The notes: generated by a model not told the origin, from the letters alone. Counted from the stretch's first letter, positions 48,421-58,642 are shown. The stretch: DNA of 64,000 nucleotides from Candidatus Poribacteria bacterium (GCA_028824125.1 JAPPES010000085.1:79281-143280); one strand, 5' to 3'. Numbers and translations: made by a program.

Positions 48421-49512
48421 TTATTCACACTTAACAGGCGACCTATCTACATAACATTTAACAATGTTAATAATCAGTTCAATATCGCTCCGCGCAGATT
48501 CAAGGGAGGTATAGCACGTTTCGCCTTTCGTGATGCAAGCATGGAAATGACGCAGCTCTCGCACAAATGCACTTTCCCATTCAATTGCAGGTGTTTTGCT
48601 ATAAGTTGTTCCATCTGCATCTATACCTTGGACTGTTACCTCTGACAAAATGCCTCGTGAAAAACCGGTAGGGTAAGACACCAACACACGTTTATTATCT
48701 CCGTAAATCTCTAAAGTCTCCTTAAAATCCCATAGATCGGGCAGGTCAACCCAAGTCGCAATACAACGTGCTCCGTTCGGAAAACCAAAAACGATGCTTA
48801 CACCTTGTCCATCAGACCACACTTCAGCACTTATGACTTCACTCGGTGAGCCCAACATCACACGTAAACTGTAGATGTCGTGGATCATACTGCCGGAAAG
48901 CAGGAAAAATGCGCGTTCCGCTTCGGCTGATACATCACCTATGGCTTCTCTCCGTGCTGATTCACGCGCAGCATGTGCAGGCGCATAAGCATCTGGCGGC
49001 ACATCGTTGAAACGCTCCACGTCAAATTGACTAAGATGCAATCGGTTGTTCGGATGTAGATGATTTATCTGAACGAACCGATAACTTTCCATTGTTTCAA
49101 CTTCGCGCTTTGCAAGTTGAAAAGCAGGATCATGCACCTTCATATAACCTGCTTGTCCGACTTTCCCTGCTTTCTGTTGGGCAGCAATCATCGCATCAAT
49201 CTCTTGTAATGAAAAACAGACAGGTTTCTCAATGAAAACATGCTTTCCTGCTTCAAACGCGGCAAGGGCAACTTCCGTTTTCGGGTCACCATGGCACAGC
49301 AGCACGGCATCGACATCACTGTCTAAAAGTTCGGTATAATCTGTTACAAAGTGGGGGACGTTGAATCTTTTGGCAGCTGCTTCTGCTGCACCCGGCGACA
49401 AGTCGCATACAATCTGCACTTCAAATTCACGGTGAAGTTGATTTAGGTTCGGCAAATGGTGAACCTGGGCAATTGCACCACATCCAATAACGCCAATCTG
49501 GACACGACTCAT
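48421..49512 (-). CDS. Gfo/Idh/MocA family oxidoreductase. The start was moved to the Met of MSRVQIGVIGCG, which has a GGAGG RBS.
   Basis: The N-terminus carries a Rossmann motif IGVIGCGAIAQ, and the C-terminal domain is Gfo/Idh/MocA-like. Confidence 0.75.
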   Translation of the reverse strand: MSRVQIGVIGCGAIAQVHHLPNLNQLHREFEVQIVCDLSPGAAEAAAKRFNVPHFVTDYTELLDSDVDAVLLCHGDPKTEVALAAFEAGKHVFIEKPVCFSLQEIDAMIAAQQKAGKVGQAGYMKVHDPAFQLAKREVETMESYRFVQINHLHPNNRLHLSQFDVERFNDVPPDAYAPAHAARESARREAIGDVSAEAERAFFLLSGSMIHDIYSLRVMLGSPSEVISAEVWSDGQGVSIVFGFPNGARCIATWVDLPDLWDFKETLEIYGDNKRVLVSYPTGFSRGILSEVTVQGIDADGTTYSKTPAIEWESAFVRELRHFHACITKGETCYTSLESARSDIELIINIVKCYVDRSPVKCE

Positions 49513-49686
49513 TGTGTTTCTAACCTCCAACGAATTCTCTGAATATGTCCTTATCGTATCATATATCCAAAATAGATGCACTCCATTTTACAATGGATAA
49601 TTGCAGAAACAAAATTGATTTGACACCTAAACACAGCATGTGATAATCTGTATCTATCAGCGTGCTTCAACGTTTAGCGTGATATA

Positions 49687-50442
49687 ATGCGAAATATCAA
49701 ACTTGTGCTTGAATATGATGGCACCAATTACCACGGGTGGCAAACACAACCTAACCTTCCAACAATTCAGGGAACAGTTGAGGAGGCATTGACACAGTTA
49801 ACGAAAACACCGATACAAATTATCGGAGCGGGTAGAACAGACACTGGTGTTCACGCGGAGGGGCAGGTGGCAAATTTTCATACTAATTTGTCAATCCCGC
49901 AAGTCGCTTTTCAGAAAGGACTTAACACGCTTTTACCACGAGACATAGTTGTCTGTTCTGTTACAGAAGTGGATGCGGACTTTCATGCACGTTTCAGTGC
50001 CATCAGCAGGCGGTATCGATATACGATTTTAAATAGAACGTATCCATCTGCTATTTTGCGGCGGACTGCTTATTTCTATCCTGTACCAATTGATGTAGCG
50101 TTAGTCAACGCTATCTGCCAGAGCATAATTGGAAAATGGGATTTTTCTTCTTTCCAAAAAACAGGAAGTGATAGACTAAACCCTGTGTGTGAGATATTTG
50201 AAACGTGCTGTTGGAAAGCAGAAGAATATGTCTACTTTGAAATTGAAGCGAATTCGTTTTTGCGAGGAATGGTTCGTGCTATTGTTGGCACAATCTTAAA
50301 ATGTATCAAGCATGTCAATGGCAATATGGAGAATATTTGTGATCGGTTTCACAGCATATTAGAGGCGAAGGACAGAGCATTAGCAGGTCCATCAGTCCCT
50401 GCTCACGGGTTGTCGCTAATTCGCGTTGAGTATAACAACTAA
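49687..50442 (+). CDS. truA: tRNA pseudouridine(38-40) synthase.
   Basis: The N-terminus reads LEYDGTNYHGWQTQ and GAGRTDTGVHAEGQV follows. Confidence 0.85.
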   Translation: MRNIKLVLEYDGTNYHGWQTQPNLPTIQGTVEEALTQLTKTPIQIIGAGRTDTGVHAEGQVANFHTNLSIPQVAFQKGLNTLLPRDIVVCSVTEVDADFHARFSAISRRYRYTILNRTYPSAILRRTAYFYPVPIDVALVNAICQSIIGKWDFSSFQKTGSDRLNPVCEIFETCCWKAEEYVYFEIEANSFLRGMVRAIVGTILKCIKHVNGNMENICDRFHSILEAKDRALAGPSVPAHGLSLIRVEYNN

Positions 50443-50481
50443 TACCGTTTGTAATATATAATGTGTCATTTGCTGGGATAT

Positions 50482-50528
50482 CCTGTAGGAGCGACCTCCA
50501 GGTCGCGACCTGGAGGTCGCTCCTACAG
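50482..50528. repeat. 46-bp perfect palindrome (CTGTAGGAGCGACCTCCAGGTCGCGACCTGGAGGTCGCTCCTACAG), related to family F. It lies just downstream of truA.
   Basis: Read directly from the sequence. It may act as a terminator. Confidence 0.6.
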
Positions 50529-50616
50529 AAGAAAGGGACATTCAGCAAACAATAACAGTTGAATTTCTTAACGGATAGTATTTATTTTAATTGGTATAAC
50601 GTAAAACGAGGTTTTT

Positions 50617-51636
50617 ATGAACTACGCCCAAGTCTTGAATGAACTGGAAACATTGGTTACTGAAACTTTTGGTCTTTGGGAACACAACAGAGTTGGATTT
50701 CAATGGCGGCACTATACCTGGAACCACACCATGCGCGTCCGTGCTATGAGTATGGAACTCGGCAGACGCGAAGGGGGTGATGTCAAGCTGCTTGAGGTTG
50801 CAGGAACTTTACACGACATCACCAAACGTTACGATGGTGTCATCCTAACTGATGACAACGGAAAACGTATCCTTGACCATAACGGCTTCTGGCTAAATGA
50901 AATGCTTACGCCTGCGGGGAAAAACATTGTCACAGAACTTTATGAAAAGCACAATCTAAACGGAAAGGTCCACCATGAATCTGGGGCAGTCATCACTGAA
51001 AACATTTTGGCGATGTACGATTTTGAGCCAGCGTTTGTGGAAGCCGCTACGTCTGTCGTTTTGGCACACCTGAAGCCAATGAATCTAACTGCTGAAGATT
51101 TTAAGCTGTTATATGGTAACATAGAAAACCAGATCCTTTATGATGCAGATACCATGGATCCGAATGTTGGGTATACCGGCTTTTTCCGCAATATCCATAT
51201 TCATGCTTATTTTGCACTTCAACGTGGAAACTTTGATTTAGAGGAATATGTCAGAAATCTGCCGCGTTGGATTAATTCCAAGCAGGAATTTGTGGATAAA
51301 CTGCTAACTGAATCGTCCCGTGAAGTAGGACAAATCAGGCAAGATCGGAATCAACGACTCTTTGCCCAAATGGTAGATGAATTAGATGATATGGAGATCA
51401 ACCGCAAATACGGGTTACTCGGTATAATTGAATATTTCGTTAGTGAGACAGAAGACCCACATTTCCTGAATCAGCTCAATTATCTGCAAACCGAATGGCT
51501 TCCACAACGGCAGCAGTGGATAGCTGAAGAGGAGAAGAGCGAATCTGCACGTGAACGCGCCCAAGCTGCCGTTGATCGCGTTAACGATTTTTTGACCTTG
51601 TTTGAACAAGAAGGCAGAGGTGAATTTAAGGAGTAA
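50617..51636 (+). CDS. HD-domain phosphohydrolase family protein.
   Basis: H...HD signatures are present (HTMRVRAMSMELG...LHDITK). Confidence 0.5.
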   Translation: MNYAQVLNELETLVTETFGLWEHNRVGFQWRHYTWNHTMRVRAMSMELGRREGGDVKLLEVAGTLHDITKRYDGVILTDDNGKRILDHNGFWLNEMLTPAGKNIVTELYEKHNLNGKVHHESGAVITENILAMYDFEPAFVEAATSVVLAHLKPMNLTAEDFKLLYGNIENQILYDADTMDPNVGYTGFFRNIHIHAYFALQRGNFDLEEYVRNLPRWINSKQEFVDKLLTESSREVGQIRQDRNQRLFAQMVDELDDMEINRKYGLLGIIEYFVSETEDPHFLNQLNYLQTEWLPQRQQWIAEEEKSESARERAQAAVDRVNDFLTLFEQEGRGEFKE

Positions 51637-51642
51637 TTAATT

Positions 51643-52515
51643 ATGAATCATCCAGCGACTGCCGAACCTAAAGGCTTTGTTACTACCAGACCAATTCCGT
51701 ACCCCGACGACCTCTACCGTTTTGATACGGTGGCAAATAGCATCTCTGGTGGTTTTTCAGCGGTAACCGACGCGGATATTGAATATTTCCATCAGCATGG
51801 ATATCTTGTCATTGAAGATGCTTTTACTCGTGATGAAGTTCAGGACGCATTAGACGGTATGGTGCATCTAATGGATGGCAAAAACCCTGACTTTCGTGCC
51901 ATCCAATTTGAGCCGAAACTCACAAAACTCAAAGATGACATGAATACTGATGAACGCCGCGATGCGATCAGAAAAATCTTCAACTACGTAAATTATGAAC
52001 CACGTCTAAATGCGATGGCAGCGCACGCTGGACTTCTCGGTGTTTTGGAACAGATTATGGATGACAAACCTGCGCTTTTTCAAGATATGGCATTAGTCAA
52101 ACCGCCACGACAAGGCTCCGAAAAACCGTGGCACCAAGATTGTGCGTACTTTAATTTAGAGCATGGAACAACCGTTGTCGGCGTTTGGATAGCCTTAGAT
52201 GCAGCCACGCCTGAAAACGGATGCATGCACATCATCCCTGGCTCACATAACGAAGGACCGATGATCCACTTTAAACGCAGAGATTGGCAGATTTGTGATA
52301 CAGATGTCCCAGTTGCTCGCGATACGATGGTGCCACTGCAACCGGGAGGCTGTCTATTCTGGCACGGATTGACCCATCACGGGAGTCCTGTCAATCACTC
52401 ATCACAACGGCGCCGCGCGCTTCAGTTGCATTATAAACCTGCAAGTTCTGAAGATATTACGACACAAGCACGGATGGATATATACGGAAGTGAGGGAAAA
52501 GACGTAGACTGCTAA
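51643..52515 (+). CDS. Phytanoyl-CoA dioxygenase (PhyH) family Fe(II)/2-oxoglutarate-dependent oxygenase.
   Basis: PhyH-family motifs WHQDCAYF and HIIPGSH are present. Confidence 0.7.
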   Translation: MNHPATAEPKGFVTTRPIPYPDDLYRFDTVANSISGGFSAVTDADIEYFHQHGYLVIEDAFTRDEVQDALDGMVHLMDGKNPDFRAIQFEPKLTKLKDDMNTDERRDAIRKIFNYVNYEPRLNAMAAHAGLLGVLEQIMDDKPALFQDMALVKPPRQGSEKPWHQDCAYFNLEHGTTVVGVWIALDAATPENGCMHIIPGSHNEGPMIHFKRRDWQICDTDVPVARDTMVPLQPGGCLFWHGLTHHGSPVNHSSQRRRALQLHYKPASSEDITTQARMDIYGSEGKDVDC

Positions 52516-52521
52516 AAACGA

Positions 52522-52543
52522 AAGGACGGATAATCCCGTCCTT
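52522..52543. terminator. Hairpin AAGGACGG-ATAATC-CCGTCCTT between two convergent genes. It is a candidate bidirectional terminator.
   Basis: The stem-loop lies between the ends of 51643..52515 (+) and 52596..53645 (-). Confidence 0.45.
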
Positions 52544-52595
52544 AACATATTTATGTTAGATTTGAAGTTCTTCGTGTGGTAAGGATTTATAAACC

Positions 52596-53645
52596 TTACT
52601 TCTGTTCTGGGAACGGTGCGCGGATGTCGTAACGCCCCTCTTTAAACACCGGTAACTTTCCGCCTTCAACTAACAAGTCAAGCGGATTAGGACGCGTTTC
52701 TAACGGGAATGTGACAACGTCTTGTAGGCGCACGGATTCATAAAACGCCATCAGAATTTCTATGGTGCAGAGTCCATGTCTCCCCGCATTACGGTGCTCA
52801 TCAACTTCGCCTTCAATCCATGCTAACATCTCTGAAAATTGATTCGGTTCGCTTTGGCGAGGTTTGATAGTCTGCCAGCCTGCGGCTTTGCTATTCAGAA
52901 GTTCAATCGTGCCATCGCCACCTCGGCGGAGTTGGCCATCGTCGCCATACACAGCATCACCACGGAGACCTGGTCCCGGCAAATCACTTTCGTAGATACC
53001 ACGGATGCCGCCTTCAAAGCATATCTCTGCCACACAAAGGTCTTCAGTTCGAACACGTCGTTCCCAACGATCAGTTTTTCGTGAAACTTGCCCGATAAGC
53101 CACTGTGGCTCAGGATCGCCGAGGATAAAACGCATTTCGTCAATCTCGTGCGTTCCGCGATTTAGTAATCCGTGTCCATCACGACGCAGCATCGCTTGAG
53201 GTTGACCAATTGCCCCCTCTTGGATAAGTCTTCGTGCTTCACAGTTTTGGGAGCTAAAACGCCTTTGATGTCCGACAACCAATTTTGTGCCGTTCTTTTC
53301 ACAGGCGTCCATCATGTCTTGTGCATCGCCAACAGAGGCAGCCATCGGTTTTTCTGTGATAACACCCAATGCCCCATTTTCTGCTGCGGCGATTGTCGGT
53401 TCAGCACGTACGCTCTGCCAAGTGGTAATACTTACAATGTCAAGTTCTTCTTTCTGGCACATTTCCTCAAAATCGGTGTAATGTGAAGGAAGGGAAAACT
53501 CATCAGCAAATTTTGCTGCAGAATCAGCACTAATGTCCGATGCGGAGACAACTTTAGCACGACCACTACCGTTCCAACTCCGCGCATGGGCACGCCCCAT
53601 ACCACCACAACCAATAACGCCAACACGATATGTTTTTTCTGCCAT
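52596..53645 (-). CDS. Gfo/Idh/MocA family oxidoreductase.
   Basis: The N-terminus reads YRVGVIGCGGMGRAHA. Confidence 0.75.
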   Translation of the reverse strand: MAEKTYRVGVIGCGGMGRAHARSWNGSGRAKVVSASDISADSAAKFADEFSLPSHYTDFEEMCQKEELDIVSITTWQSVRAEPTIAAAENGALGVITEKPMAASVGDAQDMMDACEKNGTKLVVGHQRRFSSQNCEARRLIQEGAIGQPQAMLRRDGHGLLNRGTHEIDEMRFILGDPEPQWLIGQVSRKTDRWERRVRTEDLCVAEICFEGGIRGIYESDLPGPGLRGDAVYGDDGQLRRGGDGTIELLNSKAAGWQTIKPRQSEPNQFSEMLAWIEGEVDEHRNAGRHGLCTIEILMAFYESVRLQDVVTFPLETRPNPLDLLVEGGKLPVFKEGRYDIRAPFPEQK

Positions 53646-53825
53646 CTTTTTACCTCATCTTACAAAAAAGTTGATGTTAAAGCCAAAGTTTATCAAAAGT
53701 TAATGCGCAATGCAAGTCAATTCCTAACAAAAACGAACAATTCACAATAACATGTGTCTTTTTTAATACAATTTAATTTATAGCTTTTCATTATAATAGT
53801 ACACAGGACTTATGCAAAATGGTAG

Positions 53826-53860
53826 GCGGGGAATGCCTAAATGGCATTCATACCGTTGAT
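53826..53860. repeat. Family-B palindromic repeat.
   Basis: The sequence is cggggaatgcctaaatggcattcataccgttgatt. Confidence 0.6.
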
Positions 53861-54074
53861 TTGGCGTTTTATCCACGCGCTGATAATTCAGAATGCTGTT
53901 GGAAGTTACACCATTTTAGCCATAATTTTCGCAACAATTGCGAAAATTGCATAAGTCATGGTACACTTATATTTGTAACAAGTACGCTGTTGGCATCGTT
54001 TATGCAAGACAATAGATAACAAACTTAAAACGCGCGACGTTTATCCAATCAAATATTAATTCACGGAGAATAAA

Positions 54075-55346
54075 ATGCAAAAATTAATAATCAACGGCGG
54101 TGCCAGACTTGAAGGTAAAATTCAGATAAACGGTTCAAAAAATGCTGTCCTACCTATTGCAGTCGCTGCAGCTATTCTTGGGGATAGTGTCAGTGTGCTT
54201 CACAATGTCCCAAATCTTACAGATGTAAAAACACTGAGTGCTGTTCTGGAAGGTCTTGGTGCTTCAATCACACGAAAAAACGGTTCTCTCTATATTGAAC
54301 CGATAAACCGCATGGAGTACGAAGCACCTTACGATTTGGTGCGAAAAATGCGAGCATCCATATACGTTTTGGGACCGCTCGTAGCAAAACTTGGACGCGC
54401 AAAAGTCTCTTTCCCCGGTGGGTGTGCTATCGGTCCACGCCCAGTTGATTTACACATCCGAGGTTTAGAGCATTTAGAGGCACAGGTTGAGGTCAAAAGA
54501 GGCTATATCTTTGCACAAGCAGAACGGCTGGTTGGTGCTAAAATGGATTTGATTGGTCAACACGGTCCCAGTGTCGGCGCAACCGCAAATGTCTTGATGG
54601 CGGCAACGTTAGCTGAAGGAACAACCGTTATACAAGGTGCCGCATGTGAACCCCATATCAGTGACCTTGCCCGATTTCTCAATGCAATGGGCGCAAATAT
54701 AGAAGGTATTGGCACTTCTACTTTGACAATTCAAGGTGTAAAACAGTTGCACGGCACAGAACATACAATTATTTCAGACGATATTGAAGCGGGTACTTTC
54801 ATGGTCGCAGCCGCGATGACTAATGGTGATGTTTACCTTGAAGGTATCACGCCACCACAAATACACGCTGTTTCAGAAAAATTATTAGAAGCCGGTGTGC
54901 AATTAGATTGGGATGGGACAGGTGTTCGAGTTACTACACCGGGCCAACTCAAACCGATAGATGTTACGACTGCTCCATTCCCAGGATTTCCCACTGACAT
55001 GCAAGCGCAGATGATGGGATTGCTCAGTCTTGCATCAGGCACAAGCATTATCACTGAAAACGTTCATACGGATCGCTTCATACATGCTGCAGAACTAAAT
55101 CGGATGGGCGCGGATATAAGACTTGAGGGACGCAAAGCGATAGTGAATGGTGTTCCATCTCTCAGTGGTGCGCCAGTGATGGCTTCTGATCTGCGCGCTG
55201 GTGCTGTACTGGTCGTTGCTGGTATGGCAGCTGCAGGTGAAACCACTGTCTCGCGTATCTATCATATTGATAGAGGCTACGAAGCAATTGAGAAAAAACT
55301 GAACAGTATCGGTGCTGATATTCGTAGAGTCAGCGACAGTGAATAG
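54075..55346 (+). CDS. murA: UDP-N-acetylglucosamine 1-carboxyvinyltransferase.
   Basis: The N-terminus reads KLIINGGARLEGKIQINGSKNAVLPI. The MurA similarity is full length. Confidence 0.9.
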   Translation: MQKLIINGGARLEGKIQINGSKNAVLPIAVAAAILGDSVSVLHNVPNLTDVKTLSAVLEGLGASITRKNGSLYIEPINRMEYEAPYDLVRKMRASIYVLGPLVAKLGRAKVSFPGGCAIGPRPVDLHIRGLEHLEAQVEVKRGYIFAQAERLVGAKMDLIGQHGPSVGATANVLMAATLAEGTTVIQGAACEPHISDLARFLNAMGANIEGIGTSTLTIQGVKQLHGTEHTIISDDIEAGTFMVAAAMTNGDVYLEGITPPQIHAVSEKLLEAGVQLDWDGTGVRVTTPGQLKPIDVTTAPFPGFPTDMQAQMMGLLSLASGTSIITENVHTDRFIHAAELNRMGADIRLEGRKAIVNGVPSLSGAPVMASDLRAGAVLVVAGMAAAGETTVSRIYHIDRGYEAIEKKLNSIGADIRRVSDSE

Positions 55347-55380
55347 GAAGATTTTTTGAACTTGATTGTAAGGTAATACC

Positions 55381-56679
55381 ATGTTGCGAATTATTGAAAC
55401 ACAAACCCCAGAAAGTGAATCCTTTATTACTAAACTGAATGAACGCGGTAGGTTAATGGATGAAACCATTTTAAAAACTGTGCGCCGTACGTTAAACGAT
55501 GTACAATCAGAAGGCGACAAAGCGGTCGCTCGGTATACCCGCAAACTTGATGCACCACGAATTTCTGTAAAAGAACTGCAAGTGCGACAAAGCGAATTTA
55601 AACAGGCATACACCGAAGTAGACCCTGATTTTATTGAGGCAATTGTACACGCAAAGAAAAACATAGAAAGTTTCCATCAAAAGCAGATGCGAACTTCTTG
55701 GTTTTCTACTGAGGCAGACGGCGTCCTGTTAGGACACATTATCCGCCCGTTAAAACGCGTTGGTGTTTGTGTGCCATCTGTCAGCCAACTGCTTGTCTCT
55801 TCACTGCTCATGGTTGTTCTCCCTGCAATTGTTGCTGGCGTTGAAGAAATTGCGGTTTGCATGGGACCTATGCGGAATCGGCAGATAAACCCACACATGC
55901 TGGTTGCCGCCGCTGAATGTGGTATTAACGAGATCTACAAATGTGGTGGGGCCCAAGCCGTTGCAGCGATGGCTTACGGTACTGAAACTATTTCGCCCGT
56001 TGATAAAATAGTCGGTCCAGGGAACTTATACGTGCAATTTGCTAAAAGAGAGGTTTTTGGACACGTTGATATTGATAAAATAGCCGGACCAAGCGAAATC
56101 CTTGTTATTGCAGATAGCACTGCAGACCCTGATTTTGTCGCTGCGGATCTTATTTCACAAGCGGAGCACAGTCCAGAATGTTCAGCAATTCTTGTTACAC
56201 CATCACGGGGATTTGCTGAACAGGTTAAAGCAGCAATCGAAGTCCAAGCGCAGACTCTTCCTCGTCAAGATGAAATTGTCCAAGCATTTGAAAACTACGG
56301 CGCCGCGTTCGTTGTCAACGATTTAACAGAAGCAGTTGCCTTCGCAAACCAAATTGCTCCTGAACACGTTGAACTACACATTGAAAATCCGCTTGATTGG
56401 ATTGGGGAGATACAGAATGCGGGTGCTATCCTTGTCGGACCTTATTCTCCTGAAGCTGTAGGGGATTATATTGCTGGACCAAGCCACATCCTCCCGACAG
56501 GCACTGCAGCACGTTATGCTTCCCCGTTAAGCGTTCACGACTTCCTTAAAAAGACAAGTCTGATTTCTTATACCAAAACCGCGTTAGAAAAAGTTACGCC
56601 GGATGTTGTCAAACTTGCAGAGGTAGAGGGTTTGGAAGGTCATGCTGCAGCTATGAAAATCCGATTTGAAGACGATTAG
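55381..56679 (+). CDS. hisD: Histidinol dehydrogenase.
   Basis: A GGAQAVAAMAYGTETI segment is present. The HisD similarity is full length. Confidence 0.85.
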   Translation: MLRIIETQTPESESFITKLNERGRLMDETILKTVRRTLNDVQSEGDKAVARYTRKLDAPRISVKELQVRQSEFKQAYTEVDPDFIEAIVHAKKNIESFHQKQMRTSWFSTEADGVLLGHIIRPLKRVGVCVPSVSQLLVSSLLMVVLPAIVAGVEEIAVCMGPMRNRQINPHMLVAAAECGINEIYKCGGAQAVAAMAYGTETISPVDKIVGPGNLYVQFAKREVFGHVDIDKIAGPSEILVIADSTADPDFVAADLISQAEHSPECSAILVTPSRGFAEQVKAAIEVQAQTLPRQDEIVQAFENYGAAFVVNDLTEAVAFANQIAPEHVELHIENPLDWIGEIQNAGAILVGPYSPEAVGDYIAGPSHILPTGTAARYASPLSVHDFLKKTSLISYTKTALEKVTPDVVKLAEVEGLEGHAAAMKIRFEDD

Positions 56680-56738
56680 TCTTACATCCTACCTTGTAGG
56701 AAAGATTTGACCACCCGATTTACGAGAATAAAACTGAA

Positions 56739-57410
56739 ATGCTTTTTATACCGTCACTTACCAAACCAATTTCCCCAGTTGCGACATTTTCCATTGTTGG
56801 ACACGATCCAAACAGTGGCGATTTAGGTATTGCCGTCCAATCCAAGTTTTTTGCAGTCGGTGCTGTGGTGCCGTGGGCAGAAGCTGGCGTTGGCGCAATT
56901 GCAACGCAATCCTGGGCAAACACGACTTATGGCCCCAGAGGATTGGAACTGCTCAAAATAGGACTTTCAGCACAACAAACTTTGGACCACCTCCTCAGAG
57001 ATGACTCTGGAAAGAAAACACGTCAAGTCGGCATCGTTGATGCGAATGGCACCCCTGCTAATTACACAGGCGAAGAATGCCACGATTGGGCAGGTGCTGT
57101 TTCTGGCAAAAATTACACGGCACAGGGAAACATCCTCGCTGGAGAAGCGGTTGTTGAAGCGATGGGAAAAGCGTTTGAAGAAACGGAAGGCGAAGTGGCG
57201 GATAAATTGATGGCCGCACTTTCTGCTGGACAAGAAAAGGGCGGCGATAAACGTGGACAGCAGTCTGCGGCGCTGCTCGTTGTTCGGAAAAATGGTGGCT
57301 ATGGCGGTTTCAATGACCGATACATCGATCTACGCGTTGACGATGCTGAAGAACCAATCGAAGAACTGCACCGACTCTTAGGTATTCATAAAAAATTCTT
57401 TCCCCGCTAA
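56739..57410 (+). CDS. DUF1028 family protein (Ntn-hydrolase-like).
   Basis: The segment TFSIVGHDPNSGDLGIAVQSKFFAVGAVVPWAEAGVGAIATQSWAN matches the DUF1028 consensus closely. Confidence 0.65.
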   Translation: MLFIPSLTKPISPVATFSIVGHDPNSGDLGIAVQSKFFAVGAVVPWAEAGVGAIATQSWANTTYGPRGLELLKIGLSAQQTLDHLLRDDSGKKTRQVGIVDANGTPANYTGEECHDWAGAVSGKNYTAQGNILAGEAVVEAMGKAFEETEGEVADKLMAALSAGQEKGGDKRGQQSAALLVVRKNGGYGGFNDRYIDLRVDDAEEPIEELHRLLGIHKKFFPR

Positions 57411-57439
57411 TTATTCCTCTTGCGTAGGCGGCAGCTCCG

Positions 57440-57800
57440 CGTAAATCGAATGAAGATTAATTTTTTAATTCGGACCTTTTCTTTCCGCACTTGTCTGAAT
57501 CGCGGACTACGCGGAGAATACGGAAAACACGGATTATTGAGTCTGGAACTCCCAAACACTTATTCAAAGTGTGCCTCAATCGTTTGAAAAGGAACTTATT
57601 TTGCCAAACCCCCATCCGCGTAATCCGCGATCCAGACAGAATAGTAATAAGCCGCGTCTTCTGCGTAATCCGCGATTCAGACACTAAAAAAATGTAGCAC
57701 AAACTTTCCAGTTTGTGCCAAAATACGCAAACTAAAAGTTTGCAGTACAAAAGACAAAATCCGCGTTCTCCGCGCACTTCCGCGATTCAGATCGGAATTA
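57440..57800. repeat. Intergenic repeat cluster. It contains family-E AATCCGCGATTCAG units in both orientations, a family-A terminus at about 57690-57750 and a D motif at about 57795.
   Basis: gtctgaatcgcggactacgcgga lies on one side, and tccgcgtaatccgcgat(c/t)cagac occurs twice on the other. The sequence tgtagcacaaactttccagtttgtgcc belongs to family A. The D motif reads ttatttgtgcacacccctcaa. Confidence 0.55.
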
Positions 57801-57908
57801 TTTGTGCACACCCCTCAACTAAATAACCCTGATCTAAATTTGCATTGATATTAGCTAAAAAATTTGTTATTATATTGAGTATAGTTACTTTATTAAAGGC
57901 ATTCGCTT

Positions 57909-58610
57909 ATGAACGCTGAACCAACCGCTATAGAAGAGATACTCACTCAGATTCGTCAACACTTGCTCCCGCAGGTGGCAGGTCTTACCAAGTTTCAAAC
58001 AGCGATGGGATTGCAAAAATTTCGGAGTCGTTTGCACAGTATCCACAATTTTTGCCTTCGTGCTGAGTTGTCAGGTGAGATTAGCAATCAAGTTGAGGTA
58101 CTGCTTTCAACCAGTGCGAGTTTTTGGCATCTTATTACCGAAAACGAGTTAATACTGACGAACTTGAAAGACTTTACACGTGTTCGCACCTTTTCAGCAG
58201 AAGCAGAAGGCATAACCAATTTAGAAGAGCTGCTTTCGGGTGAGGACACGCTCCGAGATGTGATTGTCAATAGTATCGCCTTTATGTTAAATTGGAAAGC
58301 CAATACGATTTGGGTTGATACTGCTAAGAAGGCACGCACCGCGATGACAAAAAACTATATGCTTGAAATTCAGGACAGGATTTGGCAGTTTATTAAAGAG
58401 AGTAAACAAGAAACAGAACCAATTGATGTAGCACAAGCTGAGCGGATTCGAGTACGAGCAGAAAAGTTCATGCAGATCATTCAAGTGGGTGAATTAACAA
58501 CTGAAGCACAAGTGACTTTGTTGATGCAAATTTATAACATGTTACTCCGGTTCCAACTTGGGCAACTGATTATCCAATTAGAAAACCTGCAAGAAAATGA
58601 AACGGATTAG
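57909..58610 (+). CDS. Hypothetical protein, predicted to be alpha-helical.
   Basis: The ORF has coding-like composition. No motif was recognised. Confidence 0.4.
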   Translation: MNAEPTAIEEILTQIRQHLLPQVAGLTKFQTAMGLQKFRSRLHSIHNFCLRAELSGEISNQVEVLLSTSASFWHLITENELILTNLKDFTRVRTFSAEAEGITNLEELLSGEDTLRDVIVNSIAFMLNWKANTIWVDTAKKARTAMTKNYMLEIQDRIWQFIKESKQETEPIDVAQAERIRVRAEKFMQIIQVGELTTEAQVTLLMQIYNMLLRFQLGQLIIQLENLQENETD

Positions 58611-58642
58611 ATGCGGCTGCCTGATGGTAAAGGGATTATTTT

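Noticed and set aside
56739-57410. Considered an earlier or alternative start for the DUF1028 gene, because the conserved core begins at TFSIV (aa ~17).
   Set aside because: The ATG at 56739 is the only in-frame ATG upstream. A short N-terminal extension is common. There is no evidence for an alternative start.
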